A DNA stretch of 64,000 nucleotides from a virus (IMGVR_UViG_3300032225_001145:60972-124971); one strand, 5' to 3'; positions 17,629 to 27,350 are shown, counted from the first letter of the stretch. Notes: a model not told the origin generated them from the letters alone. Program-made: numbers and translations.

Positions 17629-18542
17629 ATTTTACCTATCAAAATCATCTGAAATATTCTATAGATGGCAGAGAGTATGGTTATCGAGAAACTGAGATTG
17701 ATAAATTTGAAGTTAGGCTAGGCGCGGTAGACCCTGATCAATATAGAACTAGTTCTTTTGAAAACGAACTTCATAGAACCGCCCAACTCATACAAGAAGA
17801 TTTTGGCAAAGATTTGATTTTATTTTTATCTGGTGGAACCGATAGCGAAATAGTATTGCGGAATTTTATTCATAATGGGTTTAAGCCTAGGTGTGCTATG
17901 ATAGCATTTAAAAATGGACATAACGAAGGCGAAGTATACGAAGCTAAAGCAATAGCACACGAATTAGATGTAAAATTAGATATAATAGAGTTTGATGTTG
18001 AAGATTTTTTCTTTTCGGGAGAAGCTACAGAGTTCGGAGAAAAAATACAAAGTACACAAATAACTTATATCATGGTGTACAATCAGATTTTAAAATTAGG
18101 TGCTCCGGCAGTCATGGGAGGTGAGGCAGGACTTACCCGTTCTGTGAGTAAAGACGGTAGTTTTTGGTATTATGCGTTTAGAGAAAACGAAGATGCTAGC
18201 GCAATGCGCTTTAGTTTAAAATATAATATTCCATTAGTTAATGAATATTTTAGTTATACTCCCGAGTTACTACTATATTACTTAGAATCAGACGGTGTAA
18301 AAAGTTTAGTTACAGAAAAATACAATTATAAATTAACTGCAGCTTCATCTAAAAATAAAATTTTAGCAACATTATATCCTAACTTTAGAAGAAAACCAAA
18401 AAGACATGGTTTTGAAAGTCTTATTGCATTTAATGGACAAGCCTACGACCATATTGGGTTTAATCAGATTAAACGATTAGAACCTAGCCTAGACGGTATA
18501 CCATATGAACAAGCTGTGAAACAACTAAGAGGCGAAGAATGA
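17625..18542 (+). CDS. PP-loop (asparagine synthetase-like) protein; paralog of 14005-14946
   Basis: FLSGGTDSE, VMGGE, YTPELLLYYL, RKPKRHGFE. Confidence 0.75.
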   Translation: MNFTYQNHLKYSIDGREYGYRETEIDKFEVRLGAVDPDQYRTSSFENELHRTAQLIQEDFGKDLILFLSGGTDSEIVLRNFIHNGFKPRCAMIAFKNGHNEGEVYEAKAIAHELDVKLDIIEFDVEDFFFSGEATEFGEKIQSTQITYIMVYNQILKLGAPAVMGGEAGLTRSVSKDGSFWYYAFRENEDASAMRFSLKYNIPLVNEYFSYTPELLLYYLESDGVKSLVTEKYNYKLTAASSKNKILATLYPNFRRKPKRHGFESLIAFNGQAYDHIGFNQIKRLEPSLDGIPYEQAVKQLRGEE

Positions 18543-19138
18543 AAATTATAGAACTAAATCAATCCCACATGGGAAAAACTCAACATTTGTTTAAATCTAA
18601 AAATTTTATGGGTACAGATGTACAAACAAGTTATTTCGTTCCCACTGAACATAATCCCATGGGTGCCATTTACTATAGCGCCTTCCAACGTACTTACCTT
18701 ACTGGGTTAGCAAGTTACAAGGCTCTTGGATTAGAAGATGACGAAGGCAATATTGTAGGTTACATATCTTTTTATTTAAGTCCAAATGAACCAGTTTGGT
18801 ATGGCACTATGATTCGTTCAGCTCGGAATAAAGAATATGTACGACAATTATTAGATGCTGCTATGGAATACAATGAAAAATTAGGGCGTTATAAATTTTA
18901 TACATTATGGTCCGCAAAACATGCTAAATTATTAAGACGATTTGCTTTTAGTAGCGAAGCTACACAACGCTATGATCATTTTGACGAATGCTTAATTCCT
19001 GCTAAAACTAAATGTATCTATCAAAATTATTGGACTATATTATTCAGTCGCATTTTATTACCAACAGATACTATTGTAAGGTGTACCTATCTAAAACGCG
19101 AATATAGGAAAGATATTCCTATTGGCGGTTTTTTATAA
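18539..19138 (+). CDS. GNAT-like protein
   Basis: EDDEGNIVGYISF...RQLLDAAME pattern; ATGA-coupled to the PP-loop gene. Confidence 0.5.
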   Translation: MKIIELNQSHMGKTQHLFKSKNFMGTDVQTSYFVPTEHNPMGAIYYSAFQRTYLTGLASYKALGLEDDEGNIVGYISFYLSPNEPVWYGTMIRSARNKEYVRQLLDAAMEYNEKLGRYKFYTLWSAKHAKLLRRFAFSSEATQRYDHFDECLIPAKTKCIYQNYWTILFSRILLPTDTIVRCTYLKREYRKDIPIGGFL

Positions 19139-20188
19139 TTGATTGAACAACAATATTTGATTTAGTTCTTCTTTTGTATATTCTGATCTTAAGTTTCCAG
19201 ATTCTGCGCCTAACCCTCTTATTGGCACCATCTCAACGGACAATAAATGTCTTGGAAGATTATACTGTTTCATAACTTGGTTGATTTCGTCAGCTAGTTC
19301 AATTGCTTGATCGATGATTCCAGGTTTGGCCATGAGCTTAACAATAAACTGTGTTAAATTTTTTGTACCTAGAGATAACTTATTAGCAATAGCAGATACA
19401 TTTTTTATGAATAATTCTTTTTTCATAAACTCAAAATGTGCGCTGAATATTAATATATTATAATTGTCACAATTTTTCTCCCAGTACTTAGAGCCCTGAC
19501 TTCCGTTTGACACTAACATAGTCCATTGATTTTTACTACTGAGATATTGTATAAAAGGTTCAAAGTCAGGATTTAGTGTTGGTTCACCCCCGCCAAAGTA
19601 CCAACGGATAGGATTACCATCACTCCAATTATCGATAGCATAATTGGCTGTTTTAATTAATGTGTCCAAACTTTTATGTGGATCTGTTGTGTTATGTACA
19701 TCGGGCCAGCAATAACTACAATTATAATTACACTGGCGGCCTATATCCCATAGTATTTGTTTAGGTACTTTATGAGTAAACTTTACAGCATCGATGCTGT
19801 TAATATCGATAAACTTCTGATCAAGATCTGTAGTATGTTCATTTATAAAATCAATAGCAGATGAATTTTTATATTTTGTTACTACTATATCAGAACCGCA
19901 ACCACAAGATTCGTAAGGACATATAACAGTTTCTTTAGGTATGGTAAAATTTTGATTAATATTACCTAAATGTCCCCATGCTGGTTTATTATTTTTTAAA
20001 AGCCACTTGCCTACACCGCCAGAGCAATTACCATTCCACACATTACCGTCAAAATCTATGTATAAACTTTGGATTCCAGTACTGCATGCCCATCCTTGAA
20101 ATTTATTTAATTTAGCAGTAACAATATCTTCTATACTTGCCAGCACTTTACGATTGTCGTCAGTAAGTATGACTAATTGTTTAGCCAT
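19133..20188 (-). CDS. radical SAM protein with N-terminal SPASM/twitch-like domain
   Basis: CNYNCSYC, GGGEPT, SNG; Cys cluster C..G..SLYIDFDG...C...CPYESCGC at the N-terminus. Confidence 0.88.
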   Translation of the reverse strand: MAKQLVILTDDNRKVLASIEDIVTAKLNKFQGWACSTGIQSLYIDFDGNVWNGNCSGGVGKWLLKNNKPAWGHLGNINQNFTIPKETVICPYESCGCGSDIVVTKYKNSSAIDFINEHTTDLDQKFIDINSIDAVKFTHKVPKQILWDIGRQCNYNCSYCWPDVHNTTDPHKSLDTLIKTANYAIDNWSDGNPIRWYFGGGEPTLNPDFEPFIQYLSSKNQWTMLVSNGSQGSKYWEKNCDNYNILIFSAHFEFMKKELFIKNVSAIANKLSLGTKNLTQFIVKLMAKPGIIDQAIELADEINQVMKQYNLPRHLLSVEMVPIRGLGAESGNLRSEYTKEELNQILLFNQL

Positions 20189-21137
20189 CCTTATATTCCT
20201 TAGTACTCATAATATCAAAGTTACAGTGGCACATTTTTTTAGTACAGCGTATTGGGTCAGTTGGCAAAGTTAAATTAGTATCGAAGATATTGCCAATGGA
20301 CCCGCCTTCGAGGCACCAACCACGAGAAATTTTACCGCGCTGATCTACAATTAATTGTTCAACTCCGGCGTAACAGTCCCAGCCCGACCAATCATTTGCT
20401 TTTTCGTTAATAAATCTATGGGCACTTACTACCAACGATTCGCCGCTGGGGTACAACATTTTCATTGCTCCCCTATAGTAATCAAATGATTTAGTAAATT
20501 TAATATGCTTACTAATCAACTCATGCTGGTCGTCTATGACTTTCTTTTGTTCGGGAGTATAGTCATATAGCACTTCGCCAAAGTCATGAATAAGCGGCTG
20601 TAATGCCATAGAAATATTGCCTAACTCCTTAATCTTGTTAGCAATCTCAAAACAAAAATCAAATTTTGTAGGATCCATCATGATATTAACATGTGTCCTT
20701 ACATCATTGTTTAATGCTTTAACAACTTCAACGAAATGATCAGCATCTGCAAATTCAGGATGAAAACTCAAACACACATGATCAAAATATTGTTTATGTT
20801 CATTCCAATATCTTAAAGTCCTAGATCCGTTGGATATAAGTCCTACCTTCACACCTTGCTCTGTACAGTACCGACATATATCTATAAAGTGTTTATATAA
20901 AGTTACTTCACCACCAGTAAATTCAAAATAAAGTTTTTTATTAGGATGAGTGGCTTTTACTGTTTGTATAAAATTTTTAATTGTATCTGGAGTTGGCCAA
21001 GGATTAGTTCCGTTGTGTAAATTTTCTGGGCAATAACTACAACTAAAATTACATGTATTGCCTAAACACCAATTAACTACAAACCATTCTGTGTTAAAAG
21101 GGTTAGCATGTTCTAATTTATAATATTTTTTTTGCAT
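20181..21137 (-). CDS. radical SAM protein with C-terminal SPASM/twitch-like domain
   Basis: CNFSCSYC, TGGEVT, SNGSR; C-terminal CYAG...C...CTKKMCHC. Confidence 0.9.
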   Translation of the reverse strand: MQKKYYKLEHANPFNTEWFVVNWCLGNTCNFSCSYCPENLHNGTNPWPTPDTIKNFIQTVKATHPNKKLYFEFTGGEVTLYKHFIDICRYCTEQGVKVGLISNGSRTLRYWNEHKQYFDHVCLSFHPEFADADHFVEVVKALNNDVRTHVNIMMDPTKFDFCFEIANKIKELGNISMALQPLIHDFGEVLYDYTPEQKKVIDDQHELISKHIKFTKSFDYYRGAMKMLYPSGESLVVSAHRFINEKANDWSGWDCYAGVEQLIVDQRGKISRGWCLEGGSIGNIFDTNLTLPTDPIRCTKKMCHCNFDIMSTKEYKDG

Positions 21138-21145
21138 TGTGATCT

Positions 21146-21742
21146 TTATTTAATTCCAATTATCATATATCTAGTAAATTGCCATTCAGGATAAACAAAC
21201 AATTTTTCGCCTTGATATAATATCTTAGCAAGCGGGTAATGAGTTATAAACTCGTCTAATGTAGCAGAATGTACAATATGATCGTCGTGCGGCATATTAT
21301 TACCTTGTAATATTACTCGTGTGCCCGATGGGATCTGACTAAACCATTCCATACTTTCAAAATGCTCTGTACTAGTGTTTATAATTAAATCAAGTATTCC
21401 GCTGTCGTACTCTGTAGTCTGACTAAGGCGAGGATTATTACAATCTTCAGTAAATGCTTTGAACTGCCATTCTTTAATAACCCAATTTTCATTTATCATA
21501 TCAGCAATGGCTTCACAACTAGGATCAATATCGTAACTATATATTTTTCTTACTTGAAATTTTTTGCGACTTAACAATAAAAATGCTGTTAGTCCGTACC
21601 AGCCGCCAAAAATTCGTGTTAAGTCAGAAGACCATTCTAACTTTTCTAGTTCTTCGCATAACCATAATTTACTATCTATCTGACCGTTTGAAAAAGCATC
21701 TTTATCTAACATTTTACCAACTTTCTTGTTGTCGAATAACAT
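21146..21742 (-). CDS. class I SAM-dependent methyltransferase-like protein
   Basis: IFGGWYG glycine loop, SYDID, DLIINTSTEH. Confidence 0.65.
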   Translation of the reverse strand: MLFDNKKVGKMLDKDAFSNGQIDSKLWLCEELEKLEWSSDLTRIFGGWYGLTAFLLLSRKKFQVRKIYSYDIDPSCEAIADMINENWVIKEWQFKAFTEDCNNPRLSQTTEYDSGILDLIINTSTEHFESMEWFSQIPSGTRVILQGNNMPHDDHIVHSATLDEFITHYPLAKILYQGEKLFVYPEWQFTRYMIIGIK

Positions 21743-22646
21743 CCATCTCGCACACCATTATGCCTTTATTGTGTCGTTCAGTTAGGTAATGTTGTTTAAA
21801 AAATTTACTAGCATTTTCGTCTAACATTACCATAGGCAAATCTAATTGAGTGGTTAGCTCTGTAGCGATTCTTCCTGCTATTTGTTCAGGATTGTGTCCG
21901 TCAATTGTATCATAAATTAATTTAAGTGCGTCAAAGTTCTGTACTTCCTTGTAGTCCCAATTAGGATTTAACATTAACATATAAGTACCCATTCTAGCAC
22001 CTAGTATAGCATAAATTCCATTTTCAACATCGCGCCCAACATTATGCCAGATTGTTAAATTATTTAAATTACGATTATTAACTTTAAAATCTTCTAATGT
22101 AGGTTTACGGCCGCGATCCAAACACATCTTAACCCCTTCACGGAAACCTGCTCGCCATGCTTGATAAGGACTAGCGTTAGGATATGTTGTTGAGTAACAG
22201 TCCCACATAGCAATATATTTAGGATAGAAACAAAATTCTACATCATTCTCAGGACTACCATCACTATTTTCGTGAGTTTTCATATTGTGTATGAAATTTT
22301 TAGTCCAGCAACTAACTCCACCATTACCATACATTAGTCCGTTAATTATATTACGGGCTTTCCAACGAAAAACACAATCTTCACTTGTATCATCAACAGT
22401 TAATGTAAGATCAAAAAAACTATCGTCTGGAATATTATCACCATCAATTAATATAAATCTATCTGTAATAGACGCATCGGCCGCTGCTTTATGTGCGGCG
22501 TCTGATCCTTTTATGCCATCTATACGGTTAGCCCACGGCACCATGTTTTTAATTTGAGCCCAATTTTCTTCTTTGTTAGGTTCGTCATATGACAAATATA
22601 CACAATCTAATTCTGCTATATCTATTTTTTTCACTTCATACTCCAC
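21714..22646 (-). CDS. GT-A-like glycosyltransferase
   Basis: LSYDEP...AHKAAA...LIDGDN...YGNGG...AGFREGVK. Confidence 0.65.
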   Translation of the reverse strand: MEYEVKKIDIAELDCVYLSYDEPNKEENWAQIKNMVPWANRIDGIKGSDAAHKAAADASITDRFILIDGDNIPDDSFFDLTLTVDDTSEDCVFRWKARNIINGLMYGNGGVSCWTKNFIHNMKTHENSDGSPENDVEFCFYPKYIAMWDCYSTTYPNASPYQAWRAGFREGVKMCLDRGRKPTLEDFKVNNRNLNNLTIWHNVGRDVENGIYAILGARMGTYMLMLNPNWDYKEVQNFDALKLIYDTIDGHNPEQIAGRIATELTTQLDLPMVMLDENASKFFKQHYLTERHNKGIMVCEMDVIRQQESW

Positions 22647-22948
22647 TTAATATTAGGCTCACTATCTTGTACTACTATAGAAATATCATCTGGATGACAC
22701 GGAGTCCCGTTTTTGTCAGGATATAGTCTCCTAACTATTGATGTTTCTATTAATACTATCTTACCATCGACTACCCTAAAATATTTAGGCGGATCTACAT
22801 ATTCTTCTCTAGTAATATCTATATAGTTACCTGGTAAATCTTCTTGGCTAAAAAATAATGGCGCACCTTGGTCGTCGTAATACAATCTATATAATATAGA
22901 TTTTGTCTCTACTGTCTTAAATGCTGACCAAAATTCCTGTTCATTCAT
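22631..22948 (-). CDS. hypothetical protein
   Basis: 105-aa ORF overlapping its neighbours in the operon. Confidence 0.7.
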   Translation of the reverse strand: MNEQEFWSAFKTVETKSILYRLYYDDQGAPLFFSQEDLPGNYIDITREEYVDPPKYFRVVDGKIVLIETSIVRRLYPDKNGTPCHPDDISIVVQDSEPNIKWSMK

Positions 22949-23222
22949 CTTTTAATCCGTGATGTGGTTTATCGATATCTTGAAATAGCCGTTTTTCTTG
23001 AGCTGTTAACTTATCTTTGGTCGTTTTATTGTGTCTAGGACTGGCACACATTGGACAATTTGATACCCCGCAGTCCATTGCGTGGTGTTTAGCAAGACGA
23101 TGCGGCTCTGCTATAGATTTAGTTAATCCATATGTTTTAGCAATTTTTAATTGTTTCTTAATAGCATTCCATGCCTTGTGTAAACGCTTGCTATGCTTAA
23201 ATTTATCGTTATCGTTACTCAT
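22941..23222 (-). CDS. small basic His/Cys (putative Zn-binding) protein
   Basis: HRLAKHHAMDCGVSNCPMC. Confidence 0.7.
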   Translation of the reverse strand: MSNDNDKFKHSKRLHKAWNAIKKQLKIAKTYGLTKSIAEPHRLAKHHAMDCGVSNCPMCASPRHNKTTKDKLTAQEKRLFQDIDKPHHGLKDE

Positions 23223-23940
23223 TTGCTAGTTCCTTTATATGATAATGTAATAAACCCCACTGTGCTATAGTATTAATCCTAACGCCAGGATTGCTATATT
23301 CTACTACTAATTCTTTAGTCCAATCTTCACCTATAGTACCTATAATATGTTTTTTCATGTGTACTATAGTAGGACCTAGATTGACTGGCAATGTTACAGT
23401 TTCCTCTCCTAATATCACAGCCGCAATACCATAGACTACATCGGTAGTTGGCTCAGGATCGGGAAATTTTAATATAGATTTATAAGTTTCCCACTTCTCA
23501 AATATATCTTTAACTAGTTGAAAAAATTGTTTAGCGGTAGTACCCTTTTGCCAGTAAGTGATAGCATTGTAAACATCTGGGAGATTGTTATTATCAAATA
23601 TTTTACGATAATATCTTGACTTACCAGACTGGTCATAAAAATCTCTACACCCTTGGCTAATGACCACTTCTCGGTTAGCAAATAAATCCCACCAATGGTC
23701 GATTGGACTAGCACACAACATATCAGCCTCTAATTTAATAGTTTGTTCATACGGGCTAGCATCATAACATTGCCAATCGTTAGCAAACCCAGAAAATTTT
23801 CCATAAGGTAGCATATCTTCTGTTAGTATAGTTATATTAGCATCAGGATGCCATTGTTTTATACTATCGGCGAGCTTGGTAGCACATTTTACATAAATGT
23901 CTCCTATTGCCGGAATAAGATAACCTTGTTTAATCGGCAA
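23215..23940 (-). CDS. GT8-like nucleotide-diphospho-sugar transferase
   Basis: SPYEQTIKLEAD, TDVVYGIA, IVHMK; paralog of 23930-24724. Confidence 0.65.
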   Translation of the reverse strand: MPIKQGYLIPAIGDIYVKCATKLADSIKQWHPDANITILTEDMLPYGKFSGFANDWQCYDASPYEQTIKLEADMLCASPIDHWWDLFANREVVISQGCRDFYDQSGKSRYYRKIFDNNNLPDVYNAITYWQKGTTAKQFFQLVKDIFEKWETYKSILKFPDPEPTTDVVYGIAAVILGEETVTLPVNLGPTIVHMKKHIIGTIGEDWTKELVVEYSNPGVRINTIAQWGLLHYHIKELANE

Positions 23941-24724
23941 TTAAATCTCCTAAATGTTTTTTACCCATGGCATGAAAATCTTGGGATAAAGTAATGTATC
24001 TTGGTTTGCTATCGGGTGTTAGAAAATCTATGCGATAATTATCTTCGTTTATTTGAGATAATTTATGCACTGGTGTTAAAGATGCTAGACTCCAAGGAAT
24101 ACCTTTGTGATCTATTGTATGACCGTTAACCATATTCAGTGCTATACTCAAAGCAAAATCATTTCTGTATGTTGGATGCACAATATTATATAGATCCTTA
24201 TAATGTTGCCAATTATTTTTTATCATAGTCATCGAAGCGAAAATTAACTCAGCTTCTTTAGATCTTCTAAACATCATTACAGTTGCCCACCACATTGGCA
24301 TATTATAATGACCAAAATTATTAAGCTCATCAAAGTTATCTAGATTAGTAACGTCGTATGCTGTCTTGTGCGCTAGAAAATTTTCTTTCATAGCGATTAC
24401 TTTTTTGAGCTCATTGCTTGCCACTACATAGTCCGCATCTAATACTAGAGTTTGTGACCATGGCGTTAGTTCATACGCATCTACACGGTTGCCGTTAAAC
24501 CATGTAACATTATGTTCTTGATCAGCAAATTTTCTAATATCTCCATTGTAGGGTTTAGCTGGAATAACTTGTTCAAAAAAATAATTATTAGGAACTATTT
24601 GATCTGTTACTACTGCTACAGGTAATTGTAAATGTCTGCGAATATTTTTAGCCGACCAATTAGCCATAGCAAGATAATCTATGTGTTCATTATTAAAAGC
24701 AAAAATTAATACACCTGATGTCAT
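23930..24724 (-). CDS. GT8-like nucleotide-diphospho-sugar transferase
   Basis: TPWSQTLVLDAD (DxD), RNDFALSIA, HAMGK. Confidence 0.7.
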   Translation of the reverse strand: MTSGVLIFAFNNEHIDYLAMANWSAKNIRRHLQLPVAVVTDQIVPNNYFFEQVIPAKPYNGDIRKFADQEHNVTWFNGNRVDAYELTPWSQTLVLDADYVVASNELKKVIAMKENFLAHKTAYDVTNLDNFDELNNFGHYNMPMWWATVMMFRRSKEAELIFASMTMIKNNWQHYKDLYNIVHPTYRNDFALSIALNMVNGHTIDHKGIPWSLASLTPVHKLSQINEDNYRIDFLTPDSKPRYITLSQDFHAMGKKHLGDLIAD

Positions 24725-25029
24725 CTATTTTTGCTTAGTTGTGTGTATTCTTCGAACCACGACTTCATAGTTTCTTGCCAACGTGTTTGTGCCAATTTTA
24801 ATAACTCTTTGTGATCAGCTATAACCGGCGTCTCGTACAAATCAAGTAGGTATATCCCTTGCTGACCTTCGGCCGCGGTTAATATATTAATTAGTTCAGG
24901 TCCAGCTTTAAACATTCCACCGTTGTAAGCAAAAACAAGTTTACTTTGGTATTTTTCTTTGAGGGTTCTTTTAGCTGCCGCATGATCAAATCGGGCGCGG
25001 CCGTGAGCGATTAAATTATCAGTATCCAT
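24721..25029 (-). CDS. hypothetical protein, first gene of the GT/radical SAM operon
   Basis: 102-aa ORF, ATGA-coupled to the downstream GT. Confidence 0.75.
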   Translation of the reverse strand: MDTDNLIAHGRARFDHAAAKRTLKEKYQSKLVFAYNGGMFKAGPELINILTAAEGQQGIYLLDLYETPVIADHKELLKLAQTRWQETMKSWFEEYTQLSKNR

Positions 25030-25035
25030 ACGATT

Positions 25036-25064
25036 ATTATACTAGAAAAACAGAAAAAAGTAAA
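25036..25064 (-). promoter_or_regulatory. sigma70-type promoter for the GT/radical SAM operon
   Basis: Minus strand TTTACT-17-TATAAT, ATG 6 nt downstream. Confidence 0.6.
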
Positions 25065-25081
25065 GGGGATTAACCCCTTTT
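25053..25081 (-). terminator. rho-independent terminator ending the structural operon
   Basis: Minus strand AAAGGGG-TTAAT-CCCCTTT followed by ACTTTTTT. Confidence 0.7.
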
Positions 25082-25095
25082 GGTAATACTAAATT

Positions 25096-26043
25096 TTATG
25101 ATAAAGATGTTGCTACTGTAGAAGCGACAGTTGGTGCGCCCCAAACATTTGCCAAATGTGTAGTTTCTGGTGGGAAATATGTTACTACTGTTGCAGGAGC
25201 ACTTCCAAAAGAAATGCCAGTGGTTGCTGTGCCGCCGCTAATATTTACAGCTGAATTGCCAGCTGGGCTATGCCAAGTTGTAACAAGAGTAAGAATAGGA
25301 GCCGCATAAGCCGCTGTAATTTGTATATAATCACCAGAATAAGTATAACCTGAAGGATATTGCTTATAAATTATAGCAGGCGTAGATGTTAGTTGAGCAA
25401 ATCCTGTGCTAGTTGCTAACACAGTTGGAGTGCCGTTGCCGCCAACTTTAGTAGTGCCTGTATACGTTACACCGTTAATTGTTTTACTTGCTCCAGTACT
25501 TGTCAAATAAATTGTGCCAGCTGTCGTAGCAAGCGTATTCCAAGTTGCGTCGGCTGCATTGCCTGTGGAGGTTTTGCTGAATTGAACTTTAATAGTTGCG
25601 CCTGCATTAAAGAAATAAGTTGCCGCGTTAGCATTAGCAAAAGTAACAGTATCAGTGAATGTTATTGTCCAAGCTGAAGTTCCAGATCCAGCACCAGACA
25701 ATGCACTGGCATTACCTGTCCATCCAGTAAATTGAGTACCTTGAGTAGCCGCATTAAATTTATTAGTAGTAATATTAGCGATATCATTACCTAAATTATT
25801 TAAAACTATAATTGTGTTGCCTACTTGAGGATTAGTTCTTGTTGTGATAGATGTGCCTTGATGGCTAGCACTATTACTAACATGGGCATTTAAATTTGCC
25901 CAAGAATTAGCAGTGACCGTGTTTCCAATAGATACGTTAGCTGTAGCTGATTGGCCGTAGCTTGTATTCCATACGGCATTTACATTGCCATTAAAGCCAT
26001 TATAATCTGCCGCTTGTACTACGCCGCCGGTAACATACGTCAT
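25096..26043 (-). CDS. virion structural protein (T/A/G/N-rich, tail-associated)
   Basis: Composition and position at the end of the tail operon; FANANAATYFFNAG motif. Confidence 0.7.
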   Translation of the reverse strand: MTYVTGGVVQAADYNGFNGNVNAVWNTSYGQSATANVSIGNTVTANSWANLNAHVSNSASHQGTSITTRTNPQVGNTIIVLNNLGNDIANITTNKFNAATQGTQFTGWTGNASALSGAGSGTSAWTITFTDTVTFANANAATYFFNAGATIKVQFSKTSTGNAADATWNTLATTAGTIYLTSTGASKTINGVTYTGTTKVGGNGTPTVLATSTGFAQLTSTPAIIYKQYPSGYTYSGDYIQITAAYAAPILTLVTTWHSPAGNSAVNISGGTATTGISFGSAPATVVTYFPPETTHLANVWGAPTVASTVATSLS

Positions 26044-26057
26044 CAGTATTTCCTATT

Positions 26058-27350
26058 TTATTTGATAGTGACAATAGCTTCAACAGTACCTAAGCCAGCG
26101 TCTAGCTTATCTACTAACGAACGACCAATAACATTAAATGCTGTTGCTTCGCCTGCTTTAGCAGCTCTTGCCATACCGTTACCAGCAGACACTAACCGAT
26201 CGCCTTTACTAACAACGCCTGTAACTTGAACTGGTACCCGACCTGTCATAGCTACTGGTGGATGAGTTGCGTCATTGCCAGCGCCATTATTCATCAAGTA
26301 AGCAGCTTGTGTACTGATAACTCCGAATACGGAATCACTTAACTCTGTATTAGATTTTGTAATTTCTGCTGTGCCGCCTAACTCAACTACTGTGCCTGGA
26401 GCATATTCTGTATCAGCTTCAAATCTTTCTGCTACGTCAGCATAGTTAGCCGTAATTCCATATTGACTACTAACAATACCAGTTGATCCAGCAATAAACA
26501 ATGCTGAAGATACAACGCCACCTACATTTACATTGAACGAAACATTTCCGTTTAATTGTTTATTAGTTAAGGTAGCTTGTGTACTAGTAGCAGTATCCAA
26601 TGTAAATGAGCTATTAGCGCCAATTGCTAAACCATTATTGTTAAGGACTCTAACTGTGCCAGTAGTCGATGTGTTAGCATCGGTACGCATAAATGAATTA
26701 GCGTATAAACCGCTTAATGTCTGTGCGCTAGTTGCGGTACCATTATACAATGGTACTTGACCTGTTGTAAGAATCGTTGCTAATGTAATGCCAGGTTTAA
26801 CCGTAGGAAATCCTGCTATTGCCGTTTGTGGTGTGAAGGTGGCGTCTTGTGAAATAATTCCAACAATTTGATTTTCTACATATAATTCAACTACAACGTG
26901 AGAAGTTGAAGTATTGTCTACGATAGTATTAGCAATAGCGCCAGTAATACCAGTTGTCTGATTGTAAATTGGACCTACTAATAACCATGTTGACCCTGTC
27001 CAAACATAAAGTTGTTGAGCAGTAGTATTATACCATAAATCGCCTTGGCTATTATTTGTTGGAGCAGTACTAGCTGCTTGTGAACCACCCAACGATTTCC
27101 AACCTACGCTATTACGAACTTGTAAAACGCCCGTTGTTGTGTTAAACCATAGTTGGCCTACCAAAGGATTTGTAGGAGCTGTGCTGTTAGCAGCATTTTC
27201 CAATAAATGTACAAAATTATCATCTAAAAACTGACCGTAACCAGCATAATTTTTGCCCACCAAAGTTTGTGAACAGGCAACTGAATTGATTGTTCCATTT
27301 GGTATGGTAGCTAATATGTTACCATTCGTTAGTGTAATTGTATATGACAT
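26058..27350 (-). CDS. tail fibre-like protein with C-terminal intramolecular chaperone/peptidase G2-like domain
   Basis: Repeated P..P..GQLW/GDLWYN; C-terminal YADVAERF...PGTVV...AYLMN...GRVPVQV...KGD. Confidence 0.75.
   Translation of the reverse strand: MSYTITLTNGNILATIPNGTINSVACSQTLVGKNYAGYGQFLDDNFVHLLENAANSTAPTNPLVGQLWFNTTTGVLQVRNSVGWKSLGGSQAASTAPTNNSQGDLWYNTTAQQLYVWTGSTWLLVGPIYNQTTGITGAIANTIVDNTSTSHVVVELYVENQIVGIISQDATFTPQTAIAGFPTVKPGITLATILTTGQVPLYNGTATSAQTLSGLYANSFMRTDANTSTTGTVRVLNNNGLAIGANSSFTLDTATSTQATLTNKQLNGNVSFNVNVGGVVSSALFIAGSTGIVSSQYGITANYADVAERFEADTEYAPGTVVELGGTAEITKSNTELSDSVFGVISTQAAYLMNNGAGNDATHPPVAMTGRVPVQVTGVVSKGDRLVSAGNGMARAAKAGEATAFNVIGRSLVDKLDAGLGTVEAIVTIK

Noticed and set aside
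12801-18542. Lasso peptide or 7-deazaguanine (QueC) pathway
   Set aside because: No recognisable lasso protease, RRE or precursor, and no FolE, QueD or DpdA genes in the window; the PP-loop proteins lack the QueC zinc-binding Cys cluster.
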